Below, in pieces: positions 23,354-35,845 of a stretch of DNA of 60,000 bases (position 1 is its first letter; every line of letters begins with the position of its first letter). Below the pieces are notes generated by a model that was not told the DNA's origin, searched no databases, and worked only from the letters and a program-made list of their open reading frames with translations. A program made the position numbers and the translations under genes. The stretch lies in assembly GCF_963921235.1 (NCBI RefSeq), contig NC_086108.1, positions 81,594,001 through 81,654,000 on the forward strand, in the 5' to 3' direction. The stretch comes from Mobula hypostoma (lineage: Eukaryota).

Positions 23354-24596
23354 TAAGTGTAAAAGGTGAAATACTTAAGAGGAACATGAGGGGGAACTTC
23401 TTCACTTGAGGGATGGTGAGAGTGTGGAATAGGCTGCCAGTGGAAGTAATGGTTGCAAGTTCGATTTCAATGTTTAAGAGGAATTTGTATAGGTACACGG
23501 ATGAGCGGGCTAAGGAGGGCTATGATTCCGGTGCAGGTGGTTGGCACTAGCAGATTAATAGTTTGACACACCTATCCCCTGATATCATCCCCATCACTGT
23601 CCTCCTCTTCCTTGACAAACTCCCCCAACCACCTCCCCACTCTTTCCTCCTATCCCCTACCATCTCCCCCACCCTCTCCATCTTTCCTCTGAAATCTCCC
23701 CCACCCTCACCTCATCTATCCCGACCAATCTCCCCCACCTTCTCCGCCTCCTCTCCCCTAACCATCTCCCCACCATTTCCTTCTCTCCCCGACAAAAACC
23801 CCAACCTTTTCAACATCTCCCCTGACACCTCCCCAACACTCACCTGCTCTCCGCTGACCATCTGCCCCATCACCTCCTCTGCCCTGACCATATCCCCACA
23901 CTTTCCTCCTCAATTCTGATTATCTCCCTCAAACTCACCTTCTCTCCACAGACTATCTCCCCTACACTCGCCACCTCTTCCCTGACCAATGTTCCCCACT
24001 TTCTCCTCCATTCCCCTGATGATCTCTTCACCCTGTCCTCCTATCCTCAGCCATACGCCCCACCCTCTCCACACCTCCCCTCACATCACCCTCACTCTCA
24101 CCCCCTCACCCTCCACACCTTTCCCTTGACATCTCCCTCACCTGACCATTTACCTCACCCTCACCTCCCTTCTCCTGACCATCTCCCCAACCCTCACCTC
24201 CTCTCCCTGGGCCATCTCCCCATCCTCTCACTTCTTTTGCCGGTACCATCTCCACACCCTTTCCTTCTCCCAAACACTTGCCTCCTCTCCGCCTACCATC
24301 TCCCTATCCTCCATCACCTTCTCCTCCTCTCCCCTGACCCTCACCACCCTTTCCTCCTATATCCAGCCATCTTCCCCACCCTCTCCACATTTCCTCTGAC
24401 TGTATCTCCCACTTTTCTCCCCCTCCCCTGAGTCTCCCCCATCCTTTCCTCCTCTCCCCAGACCATATCCCCACCCTCTCCTCCTCTCTCCTAAGAATTT
24501 CCCCCACCCTTGCCTCCTCTCCACTCACCAACTTCCTCACTCTTATCTCCTCTTCCCTGACCAACTACATATCCTTTCCTCCTATCCCCAGCCACA

Positions 24597-27500
24597 TACA
24601 GCATAAAGGGTTAAATTGTACCACAGAGCCAAATTCAAAAAGGCAAAGCATGCAGGATAAAAGTGGTGTATTTAAACGCGAGTAGCATTCGGAATAAGGT
24701 GGACGAAATCGTGGCGCGATTACAGATTGGTCGGTATGACGTTGTTGGCATCACCTGAGTCGTGGCTGAAAGAAGGCCATAGTTGGGAGGTTAACATCAA
24801 AGGATATACTTTGTATCAAAAGGATAGGCAGGAAGGCAAAGGTGGTAGTGTGGCTCTGTTGGTAAGGGATGGAATTACATCTTTAGAACAGAAGAAAGAT
24901 ATAAAGCTGCTGCAGGCCCTTTTAGCAGCAAGTAAGGAATCAATCACCAGAAAGTGGTTAAATCCAACATCACCTACATTAGAAGATTGGCATGAAATCA
25001 TTTTGGAAACATTTAAAATGGAAAAGATGACCTTCTCTCTGAGAATTCAAAAGGAAAAATTTTATCAAATTTGGAATAAATGGATTGAATTTATAACCCC
25101 AGAGCGAACAGACTTTAGATGACTCACTGAATGGTTTATACTGTTTGTCTCACCAACATAGGAATAGTGTTAACGTAAGCACCCTTGGCTCGAATGTTTA
25201 CTGTTCTTTTTTTTTGGAAAATGTGGAATTAACACAAGTAAAGAAAAGATCTGGGGAAACTTTGGACCAGAGAGAAATGGACCAGAAGAGATACATGGAA
25301 ATTAGTATTCAACTACAATTATTAATATTTTTATAACAACTATTATCATTATTTAGTTTAATAGAGTGGAATTACAATTGCACATTAACATCTATTTGAG
25401 TGCCTAATTATTTTCTATATTATCTCAACGTGCACTTGTGAATGTACAAATTAATATAGACTTACTCACATAAAAATGGAAAAGGTTATATATGTAAAAA
25501 AAGTTTGTATATTACTTGTGAATACCTTATCCAAATAAAAATAAAATTTTTTTAAAAAGGAATTACATTATTAGAAAGAGGTGGCATAGGGTTAGAGAAT
25601 GCTGTATCTTTGTGGGTGGAGTTAAGAAACTGCAAGGGTGAAAAAATTATACTGGGAATCATATACAGGCCTCCAAGTAGTAACCAAGATGTGGGGCTGA
25701 GATTGCAAAGACAGTGGTAATGAGAGTAATGACACAATTGTAATGGGGGACTTCAATATGCAAGGGGATTGGGAAAATCAGGTTGGTGTTGGATTGCAAG
25801 AGAGGGAATTTGTTGAATGCCTACAAGGTGGCTTTTTAGAGCAGCTTGTGTTTGAGCCTACTTGGGGAAAGGCTATCTTAGATTGGGTGTCGTGCAATAA
25901 CCCAGATCGTATTAGGGAACTAAATGTAGAGGAAACCTTAGGAGGCAGTGATCATAATATGATTTAATTCGTACTGCAGTTTGAGAGGGGCAGGCATAAG
26001 TCACATGTATCAGTATCACATTGGAATAAAGGGAATTGTAGAGGCATGAGAGAGGAGCTTGCCCAGGTGGTTTGGAAGAGGATACTGGTGGGGATGTTGG
26101 CAAAGCAGAGATGGCTGAAGTTTCTGAGAATAGTTCACAAGGCACAGGATAGATATGTCCCTCGGAGGAAGAAGTTCTCAAATGGCAGGTGCAGGCAACC
26201 TTGACAAGGGAAGTTAAGGACTGCATAAAAGCCAAGGAAAAGTATATAATGTAGCAATAGTGAGTGGGAAGTTGGATGATTGGGAAGCCTTTAAAATCCA
26301 ACAAAAGGCAACTAAAAAGTGATAAGAGGGAAAGGATGAAATATCAGGATAAACTAGCCAACAATATAAAGTAGGATATTAAAAGTATTTTCATTTATAT
26401 AAAGAATAAAAGGAAGATGAGAGTTGATATTGGACTACTGGAAAATGACGCTGGTGAGGTAGTAATGGGGGACAAAGAAATGGCAGATGAATTTAATGGG
26501 TACTTTGCATATATCTTCTCTGTAGAAGACACTAACAGTGTGCCACAGGTCCATAACTGTCAGGGAGCAAGAGTGAGCGCCATTGCTATTACAAAGGAAA
26601 AAGTGTTAGGCAAACTCAAAGGTTTTAAGGCAGATAAGTCACCTGGACTACATCCCAGAGCTCGAAGTGAGGTTGCTGAAGAGACAGCGGATGCACTGGT
26701 CATGATCTTTCAAGAATCACTTGATTCTGGCATGGTTCCAGAGAACTGGAAAATTGCAGATATCACTCCACTCTTTAAGGAGGGAGGAAGGCAAAAGAAA
26801 GGAAATTATAGGCCAGTTAGCCTAATCTCAGTGGTTGGGAAGTGTCAGAGCCCATTATTAAGGATCAGGTTTCAGGGTACTTGGAGACTAATGATAAGAT
26901 AATTCAAAGTCAGCATGGTTTATATCATGGGAAATTTTGCCTGACAGATCTGTTAGAGTTCTTCAAATAAGTAACAAGCAGGGTGGATAAAGGAGAGGAC
27001 AGTGGATGTCATTTACTTGGATTTTCAGAAGGCATTTGATAAAATGCCAAACATGAGGCTGCTGAACAAGGTAAAATCTGAAGGCGTAACAGGAAAGATA
27101 CTGGCATGGATAGAGGAATGGCTGCAGGCAGGAGACAGCGAGTGGGAATAAAAGTGGCCTTTTCTGGCTGGCTGCCAGTGACTAGTGGTGTTCCTCAGGG
27201 GTCAGTATTGGGGCTGCTACTTTTCACATTGTTTGTCAATGATTTAGGTAATGGAATTGATGGCTTTGTGGCTAAGTTTGCGGATGATATGAAGATAGGT
27301 GGGGGAAGGGTTAGGTAGTGCTGCGGAAGCAATGCTATTACAGCAGGACTTAGACAAATTGGAAGAATGGGCAATAAAGTGGCAGATGGAATACAGTGTT
27401 GGGAAATGTATGAAAATGCATTTTGGTAAAAGGAACAATAGTGTGGACTATTATCTAAATAGGGAGAAGGTTCAAACATCAGAGGTGCAGAGGGACTTAG

Positions 27501-28207
27501 GAGTCCTCGTGGAAGACTCCCAGAAGGTTAATTTACGGTTGAGTCTATGGTAAAGAAGGCAAATGCAACGTTGGCATTCATTTCAAGGAGGATAGAATAT
27601 AAAAGCAAGGAGATAATGCCAAGCCTTTATAAGACACTGGTCAAGCCACACTTGGAGTATTGTCAACAGTTTTGGGCCCCATATCTCAGAAAGGATGTGT
27701 TGTCATTGGAGAGAGATTCGAGGATGTTCACAAGGATGATTCTAGGAATGAAGGGGTTAACATATGAAGAGCTTTTGGCAGCTTTGGGCCTGTACTCACT
27801 GGAATTTAGAAGAATGCGTTGGGATTTCATTGAAACCTACCAAATGTTGAAAGGACTAGATAATGTGGATGTGGAGAGGATGTTTCTTCTGGTGGGGATA
27901 TTCAGAACTAGGGGGCACAGCCACACAATTGAGGGATGGCCTTTTAGAACAGAGGTTAGGAGGATTTTATTTAGCCAGAGAGTAGTGAATCTGTGGAATG
28001 GCCTGCCACAGACTGCGGTGGAGGCTAAGTCTTGGGTATACTTAAGGCAGAATTTGATCATTTCCTGATCGGTCAGGGCATCAAAGGATATGGCAAGAAG
28101 GCAGGTGCACGGGGTTGAGTAGCCATGATGGACTGGTGGAGCAGACTCAATAGGATTCTCCTTGCATAAGACGTAATTCTCCTGTTACGTCTTATGGTCT
28201 TATGGTC
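24597..28207 (+). mobile_element. Near-complete CR1 ORF2 (APE endonuclease plus RT), degenerate
   Basis: MGDFN, GGSDHNMI, GNYRPVSL, SGVPQGSVLG, KFADDMK; (CTTATGGT)n tail. Confidence 0.93.
24889..25558 (+). mobile_element. 5'-truncated L1-clade LINE inserted in CR1
   Basis: ORF2 C-terminus LLAASKESITRKWLNPTSPTLEDW...WNKWIEFI*, AATAAA and A-rich tail; 18-bp TSD 24871-24888 / 25559-25576 (16/18 identical). Confidence 0.85.
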
Positions 28208-29267
28208 CTGTGTCTCCTGCCCTTTCCCATGACCATATACCCTACCCATGTCTCCACGCCCCCGACTATCTCCCCCATCCTCACCTCCTCTCTCCTGATC
28301 AACTCATCCTTTCCTCCTATCCCCACCCATGTTCTCCATCCTCCCTAACTTACCCCTGACCACATACCCCACCCACGTCTCCTCTTCCCTGATCAATACT
28401 CTCAGCCCTGACCATCTCCCCCACTCTCTCCTCCTCTCCCTACACCAACGCCCCCCACACTCCCCTGACCATATCACTGACCAACGCCTCCTCTTCCCAA
28501 CCATCTCCCCACCCTTCCCTCCTCTCCCCAACCGTCTCCCCTACACTCGCTACCTCTTCCCTAACTGTCTCACCACCCTTTCCTCCTATGCCCTACTACC
28601 TCCTCCAGACTGTCTACCTCTCCCCTGTCATCTGCCCAATCCTCACCTCCTCTCCCCTGACCAATATTCCCCACCTTCTCCTCCACTCCCCTGATGATCT
28701 CCCCTCCAGGTCTTCCTATCCTCAGCCACATGCCCACCCTCTCCACCTTTCCCCTGACATCCCCCCCCACCCTCACCCCCTCTCTGTTAACCAAACACCC
28801 CCACACTTTCCACTTTTCCCCTGACATCTGCCTCACCTGTATTCCCTGACCATTTACCTCACTCTCACCTCCTTTCTCCTGAACATCTTTCCAACCCTCA
28901 CCTCTTCTTCCGGGACTACCTCCCCCACACTTGCTTCCCCTGACCATCTCCCCCACACCCACCTCCTCTCTTCTGATCAAGCTCCCCACTATTGCCCTCT
29001 TGTCCCCTGACCATCTCCCCACTTTCCTCCTTTTTCACCCTGGCCATTTCCCCAACCCTTTCCTCCTCTCCACTGATGATCTTCCTCTCATTCATCTCCT
29101 CTCCCCACACTATTGCCCACATACTCACCTCCTCTCTCCTGATCAATCACCTACCCTACCTTCTTGTCCTCTCCCCATCCACCTCCCCCATCCTCACCTC
29201 CTCTCCCCTGAGCATCTCCCCAACTCTCGCCTCCTCTCCCTTAATCATCTCCCTCACCCTCGCCTCT

Positions 29268-30460
29268 TAGAAACATAGAAACATAAAAAAACTAAAGACA
29301 AATTAGCTCGTTTCTATTCACATATAAGCCCAATTTGTGATAGATGCCATTCTGAAGTTGCTTCCTTGACTCATATGTTTTGGTCTTGCCCTTTCTTGCA
29401 TAAATATTGGAAAGATACCTTTGATATTATTTCTACTGTTTTGAGTATTAATTTACAACCACACGCTGTTACTGCAATTTTTGGGTTACCAATGATGGGA
29501 GATAGTTACTTATCCCCTTCAGCTTGTCGGATGATTGCTTTTTCAACATTAATGGCTAGAAAATTTATCTTATTGAACTGGAAAGAGGTCAATCTCCCTA
29601 CTACATTTCAATGGTTATCTCAAACTATATCTTGTTTAAATTTAGAGAAAATTCGAAGTGGCACCTCCAACTCTTCGATTAAATTTGAAGAAGCTTGGAG
29701 ACCATTTATTCAACATTTCCAAATGATGTAGTTTGACCTTTTCAAAGCCTTTTTTTTAACTTAAAATACATGGATAGAGGAGTGGAGTTAATGACGTTAA
29801 TGATTCTATCCAATGTAATATGTTAGCCTGTCTTTTTTTTTCTATAGTTCTGTTTTTAATTTTATTTAGTTTAGGTTAATATCGCTTAGTTTAATTAATA
29901 TGTCTTTTTTTCCTTTTCTAATTTGCGGGGGAGGGGTTAGTTTTTTTCTCATTTATCCCTTTACCATGTTTAATTATATTTAGAGTTTGGGAAACTTTAT
30001 ATATCTGTATTATTACCAGTGCTATATTTGCAATGTCAATTATTAATAATGTAATCCCAATCTCTGTTCGGTAATACTGTTGTTATGTTTATAATTTTGA
30101 AAATTAATTAAAAGAGTGGAAAAGAAAGAAACATAGAAAACCTACAGCACAATACAGGCCCTTCAGCCCACAGAGTTGTGCTGAACATGTCCCTACCTTA
30201 GAAATTACTCGGCTTACCTATAGCCCTCTATTTTACTAAGCTCCATGTACCTATCTAAAAGTCTCTTAAAAGACCCTATCATATACGCCTCCACCACTGT
30301 TGCCGGCAGCCTATTCCACACATTCACCACTCTCTGAGTGAAAAACTTACCCCTGACATCTCCTCTGTACCTACTCCCAAGCACCTTAAACCTGTGTCCT
30401 CTTGTGGCAGCCATTTCAGCCCTGGGAGAAAACCTCTGACTATCCACACAATCAATGCCC
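29268..30460 (-). mobile_element. CR1 3' end (host of the L1 above)
   Basis: TRGHRFKV...FFTQRVVNVWNRLP; (TTTCTATG)n tail at 29268-29284. Confidence 0.85.
29295..30126 (+). mobile_element. 5'-truncated L1-clade LINE inserted in a CR1 tail
   Basis: CCHC knuckle CDRC-HSEVASLT-H-MFWS-C, C-terminus FEEAWRPFI; 18-bp TSD 29277-29294 / 30127-30144 (16/18 identical). Confidence 0.85.
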
Positions 30461-32364
30461 CTACTCTCTTGCCAATCTCATTCACCTTTGCCTCCTCTCC
30501 CCCGCCCATCTCCCCTATCCCTATCCTAGCCTCCTCTCCCTTTACCATCTCCCCCACCCTCACCACCTCCCCGCCAATCTCCCTCACATTTGCCTCCTCT
30601 CCTCTGCCTGAACACCACTTTCTCCGCATCTCCGCCACCCTTAACTCTCCCCTACCGATCTGCCCCACCATCAACACCTTTCCCCTGAGCAACCTCCACC
30701 TTTCCCCTGATCCAACAACCCCTCCTTCTCCTCCTCTCCCCACACCATCTCCCCCCTCTCTCCACTTGTCCCTACCCTCACCCACTCTTCCCTGAAAATC
30801 TCCCACAAACTTGCCTCCTCTCCCACACTCACCTCCTCTCCGCTGTCCATCTCCCCAACTTATACTTCCTCTCCCCTGACCAACTCCCCCATTCTCTCCA
30901 TCTTGCCCCTACCTGCACCTGCTCTCCCCTGAAAATCTCCCTGCCTTTGCCTCCTCTCCCACCCTCGCCTCCTCTTCCCTGACCATTTCCCAAATCTTTC
31001 CAACACTCCCCTGTCATCTGCCCCACACTTGCCTCCTCTCCCCAACCATCTTGCTCATCTTCACCTGATCTTGCCCTATCAGCTCCCTCACACTCATCTC
31101 TTCTCCTTTGACCAACCCTCTCCCACCCTCGCCTCCTCTCCCCTGACCATATCACCACCCTTTCCTCTTCTCCCCATACTATCTCTCTCATACTCACCTC
31201 CTCTCCCCTGACCATTTCCATACTCTTTCCTCCTATCCCCTGCTATCTCACCCACACTCTACCTTTCCCATGTCATCTCCCCCACACTCGCCTCATCTCA
31301 CTTGACCATCTCTCCCACCCTGGCCCCTCTCCCCTAACTATCTCCCCACACTTTCTACCTTTCCCCTAACATATCCTCAGAACTCTCCTCCTCTCTACTG
31401 ACCATCTCCTATACCATCATCTCCTCTATCATGACCATCTCCCCCACCCTCACTTCCTCTCCCATGACCATCTCCTTCAACCTCAACTCCTCTCCCTGAC
31501 TGTCGCCCCCACCATTGCTTCCTCTCCCCTGACCATCTCCCCCACCTTTCCCTCTACTCTAACCATCTCCCCACCCTCACCTTCTCTCCCATGACCATCT
31601 CCTTCAACCTCAACTCCTCTCCCTGACTATCTTCCCCACCATTGCTTCCTCTCCCCGACCATCTACCCCACTCTCATCTCCCCAACCCTTGCCATCTCCC
31701 ACACCATTGCTTTATCTTCCCTGACTATCCACCCTATCCTCTCATCTCCCCTGACCATCTCCCTCACCTTCACCTCATCCGCTGAACATCTTCCTTGCCT
31801 ATGACTAACCCCTCCCACCTTTTCCATATTTCCTAACCTCTCCCACGTTCACCTGATCTCTTCTGACCATCTCCCCCACAGTTGCCTCCTCCACCCTGGT
31901 GATGTCTTCACCTTTTCTTCCTCTCCCCTGAGCACTTTCCTTGTTCTTGCTTCCTCTTTTCTGACTACCTCCTCATACTCTGCTCTGCCTCCTGAAGCAA
32001 CCTCCACTATCTTCTCCTCATCTCCCCAGACATCTCCCTCACCTTTTCCTCACTTCCCCCGACATCTCCCCCACCCTCACTCCTCTTCTCAACCTCCCCA
32101 ACCCTCTCTATCTTTCTGCTAATCAACCACCCCCCACCTTCTCCTCCTTTCCCCCGACCACCTCCCCACTGTCTCTATCGTGCCCCTGACATCTCCCGCA
32201 CTCTCGCATCCTCACCCCTGACCATCTTCACTCTCTCCGCTCATCTGACCATCTCGCCTCCTATACCCCGACAACGCCCCCCCCCCGCCCCATCCTCGAC
32301 TTTCTGGACGATCTTCCCCGCCCTGTCTGACCATTGCTACTTTTCGGGCGCAGCCGATACTCAC

Positions 32365-32599
32365 CGATGTAGAAGTTCGTGGCCGTCTTCATCTGCGGAT
32401 GTTTGCTAATCACATGGATGACCAGGGAGTTGCCGACGAGCCCCAGTAGTAGGATGAGAGCGAGGAACAGCGGTACCAGCCAGGCGTCGGTTAGCAAGGG
32501 CAGCACCCCGAGCTCCGTGCCGTTCGTGACGGAGGCGTTCAGCCCGGAGATGGAGTATGTCCCCGGGAGTACATCAGGGCTTCCAGTAACCGGCTCCAT
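32365..32599 (-). CDS. KISS1R: Kisspeptin receptor (GPR54, Kissr2-type) coding exon 1: N-terminus, TM1
   Basis: ATG at 32599; [10 protein letters not shown]...[44 protein letters not shown]; ends ATCG|GTGAGT, phase 1; 235 nt. Confidence 0.96.
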
Positions 32600-33188
32600 C
32601 GGTCACCCCTGCCGCCAGGTCCTGGGTCTCTGCTGTTGTCCTTACCGGGAGCTGATGCTGGCAGTCCAGGGGCTCTGGTTCTGCCCGTCCCGGGGGGCTG
32701 GCCTTTCCCTACCGGTACCGGGAGTTCCGAACTTTCTGCCTTTACCCAGAGTTGTCAGTATTGAAGCTATCGGCACCGGAGATACTGCTCTCGCTGTGAG
32801 TGCCGGCACTGATCAACCCTGTTGATACCGGGACTGACAACCTTGTCAGTACCAGAGACTCTAATCTCCCTGCCACTACCAGAGACCCTGATCTTGTCGG
32901 CACCTGAGCTCTGATCGCTCTGTTCCTACCAGAAACTCAGATCAGTGAGATTCCGATTTTAAAAGTACCTTTGCCTCTAAGCTTACTCTCCGTATTGGAA
33001 GTTTGTTACTTCCATTTGTCAGTAACAAGGGCTCTGATCAACCTGCCCGTAGCAGCAAGGTTACAACTCATTCGCCCAGCGGTACCGGTCTCTCATACTA
33101 CCTGGATACGGGGTACCTGGTTTCTGAGCCACCGGGTCTGCTCGCCGTCGCTAACGGGCTTTGATCCCCGGCTCTGCTCGCCGATCTC

Positions 33189-33298
33189 TTTATAGATCGC
33201 ACTGGTGACAACACGTGGGAGCAGCGCAGAGAGCGGCAGCGTCCAGGACTTCTCGGCGTCCTCTTGCATTTTGGGAGATGTGTTCCTTTCCGACCAAT
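33189..33298 (-). promoter_or_regulatory. Putative KISS1R core promoter: TATAAA 33194-33189, E-box CACGTG 33212-33217, CCAAT 33294-33298
   Basis: Motifs read directly, clustered about 600 nt upstream of the ATG in CpG-rich sequence; the transcription start is not known. Confidence 0.55.
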
Positions 33299-33494
33299 GG
33301 TGACCGAGGACTGTGCCGAAATTTGCACCTGCCCTTTAAATTTCATCAAGTTAACATCTGAACCCAGCAAACTTGACTATTGAAAATTCTGAACTATTGT
33401 GCACTATGTACAGTAAGTATAATTGGGATTAGCTTGTTGTTGACAGGAAAGAGCTTTAGTTTGTATGCCATCCAGACAGACCATTCCATGCATA

Positions 33495-33997
33495 CATTCA
33501 GTGCCACTTTACTAGGGTACACTTGTAGCACTACTCATTACTGGAAGAATTTAATCAGTCAATCATGTGGTAACAGTTCAATACATAAAAACATGCAGAC
33601 ATGGTCACAGAGGTTCAGTTGTTGTTCAGACCAAACATCAGAATGGGGAAGAACCGTGATCTAAGTGACTTTGATTGCTGATGCCAGACAGGGAGGTTTG
33701 AGTATCTCAGAAACTGGTGATCTCGTGGGATTTTCACACACACACACACACCAGTCTCTAGAAAGGTGCGAAACACACACAAAATAAATCCAGTGAGCAG
33801 CAGTTCTGTAGGCAAAAGCACTGAGAGAGGTCAGAGGAGAATGGCCAGACAAGTTCAGGCTGACAGGAAGGCGACTGTAACCCAAATAACCGCACGTTAC
33901 CAAAGTGGTGAGCTGAAGTGCATCTCTGACTGCACAACACATCGCACACTGAAGTGGGTGGGCTACTGCAGCAAAAGACCATGAAGGATCACTCAGT
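33495..33997 (+). mobile_element. Non-autonomous Tc1-derived element just upstream of the promoter
   Basis: TA plus TIR CATTCAGTGCCACTTT; transposase residues ERGQRRMARQVQADRKATVTQIT...TLKWVGYCSKRP. Confidence 0.85.
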
Positions 33998-34136
33998 AGG
34001 TTTCCATCTACTGTGTGCAGAGGTTCATGGAATTATGGGATATGGGGTTAGTGGAGGAAATTGGCAATGAGGGAAAAGGTCAATCATTGACTGACACAGT
34101 AAGTATTATTCAAACTGTTCTGACAAATCATCTGAA

Positions 34137-35240
34137 ACATAGAGTCATAGAACTCTACAGCACAGAAACAGGCTCTTCAGCCCATCTAGTCTGTGCCAAA
34201 TCTGACCAGTCCCATCCACCTGCAGCTGGTCCACAGCCCTCCATACCACTCCCATCTATGTACCTATCCAAGTTTCTCTTAAATGTTGAAATTGAATCCA
34301 TATCCTTCACTTCCACTGGCAGCTCATTCCACACTCTCAGCACCCTCTGAGTGAAGAAATTCCTCCTCATATTTCCCTTAAACATTTCACCTTTCACCCT
34401 TAACCTATGACCTCTAGTTCTAGTCCCACTCAACCTCAGTGGAAGAAGCCTACTTGCATTAACTTATCTATACCCCTCATGATTTTGTATACTTCTGCCA
34501 AGCCTCCTCCCATTCTCCTACGCTCAAGGGAATAAAGTATTAAGCTATTCAACCTTTCCCTATAACTCAGGTCCTCAGTTCTTGGCAACATCCTAAATTT
34601 TCTCTGCACACTTTCAATTTTATTGACATCATTCCTATAGGTAGGTGACCAAAACTGCACACAATACTCCATATTAAGCCTCACCAATGTCTTATACAAT
34701 TTTGACATAACATTGCAGTCCTGTACTCAGCACAGGATGTCAATGTGCCAAAGACTTTTATTTTGTGACCACCAGCACCCCCCACTTCAAGGAATGAGGG
34801 ATCTGTATTCCCAGATCCCTCTGCTCTACCCCACTGCTCACCATGTAAGTTTTGATAGCCTTCCTCACTGTCCACTCCACCCCTAATTTTGATGTCATCT
34901 GAAAATTTGCTGATCCTATTTACTACAAAGTACATTAGCACCCAGATCATTGATGTAGATGACAAGCAACAATTGAACCAGCACCAACCCCTTCAGCACA
35001 CCACTAGTCACAGGCCTCCGGTCAGAGAGGCAACCGTGTACTATCACTCATTGGCTTCTCCTGCAAAGCCCATGTCTAATTCAATTTACTACCTCATCTT
35101 GAACACCAAGTGACTAAATCTTCTTGATCAACTTCCCTGGTAGGATATTATCAAAGGCCTTGCTGAAGTCCATGTAGACAACATCCACTGCCTTGCTTTC
35201 ATCAACTTTCCTGGTGATTCCCTCAAAAAATTCTATAGAA
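34137..35240 (-). mobile_element. CR1 ORF2 3' fragment
   Basis: KFSDDIK, EYCVQFWSP, FFTQRVLRVWNELP. Confidence 0.88.
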
Positions 35241-35845
35241 TTGTTTAGATACAACAAAACATATTAACATTACAGTATTTCTCTTTTTGCAGGTATCTCC
35301 CAACCTGAATAGTGTTTCCAACAATTATTATTTTTATTTTAGATATTCTAAGACAATTAAGAACTGTTCCAGGCATCACAGCAATTTTCAAAAAAATCAC
35401 TTTCCTTTCAAAAATAAATAGACAACTGAAGACAATGTACTTTCCATTTGACATATTATCTGGACAATTCTTTTGTTCAGTGAAATAAAGAACTCAATTT
35501 TCCATAAGCATGGAGTACAATACACATTTATGTGCCTTCATTTGCCATTGAATAATGAGTGGGTTACATTTGTGAAGATTCAGACACCAGGGAACAATCA
35601 CTATTCAACTGCTTCCCCTTTGTGCATTCTCAATGCTCAAGTATTTTTAGTTCATACTTATAGCTTTTAAGTATCATAAAGACTAATATGTGTAACTACT
35701 ACTGTTCAACAGGAACTACTACTTTGCACATGCTAGTTGCTAATATTCCTTTACACCATCACTCTTAAATGTGCTATAGGGTGCATTGTCCTAACTATCT
35801 CAAAATGCTCTGATATCAGTTCTAAACTATCAATATTTATCTTTG

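Larger units (their letters stand above)
21410..23562 (+). mobile_element. Second CR1 ORF1 copy joined to a CR1 3' end, with nested insertions
   Basis: WDLYRRDSLHLN and CVYFNARSI, then from about 22350 the extreme ORF2 3' end (RTRG...GNFFT.RMVRVWN.LP). Confidence 0.72.
23570..32280. repeat. Degenerate C/T-rich satellite (about 30-bp unit CCTCCTCTCCCCTGACCATCTCCCCACCCT) in three blocks: 23570-24596, 28208-29267, 30460-32280
   Basis: Recurring CTGACCATCTCCCC core; blocks separated by LINE insertions. Confidence 0.93.
32260..33320. promoter_or_regulatory. CpG island over exon 1, 5' UTR and promoter
   Basis: Visibly GC- and CpG-dense compared with the CpG-poor remainder of the window. Confidence 0.7.

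Noticed and set aside
24727..25122. 131-aa ORF as a new gene
   Set aside because: Accidental in-frame fusion of CR1 endonuclease sequence with an inserted L1 C-terminus at the TSD.
23563..31221. Pro/Ser/Leu-rich and Gly/Glu/Arg-rich ORFs
   Set aside because: Products of the stop-poor C/T satellite; no splice or domain support.
32379..32825. 148-aa ORF antisense to exon 1
   Set aside because: Starts at GTG and lies in GC-rich sequence shadowing the real exon.
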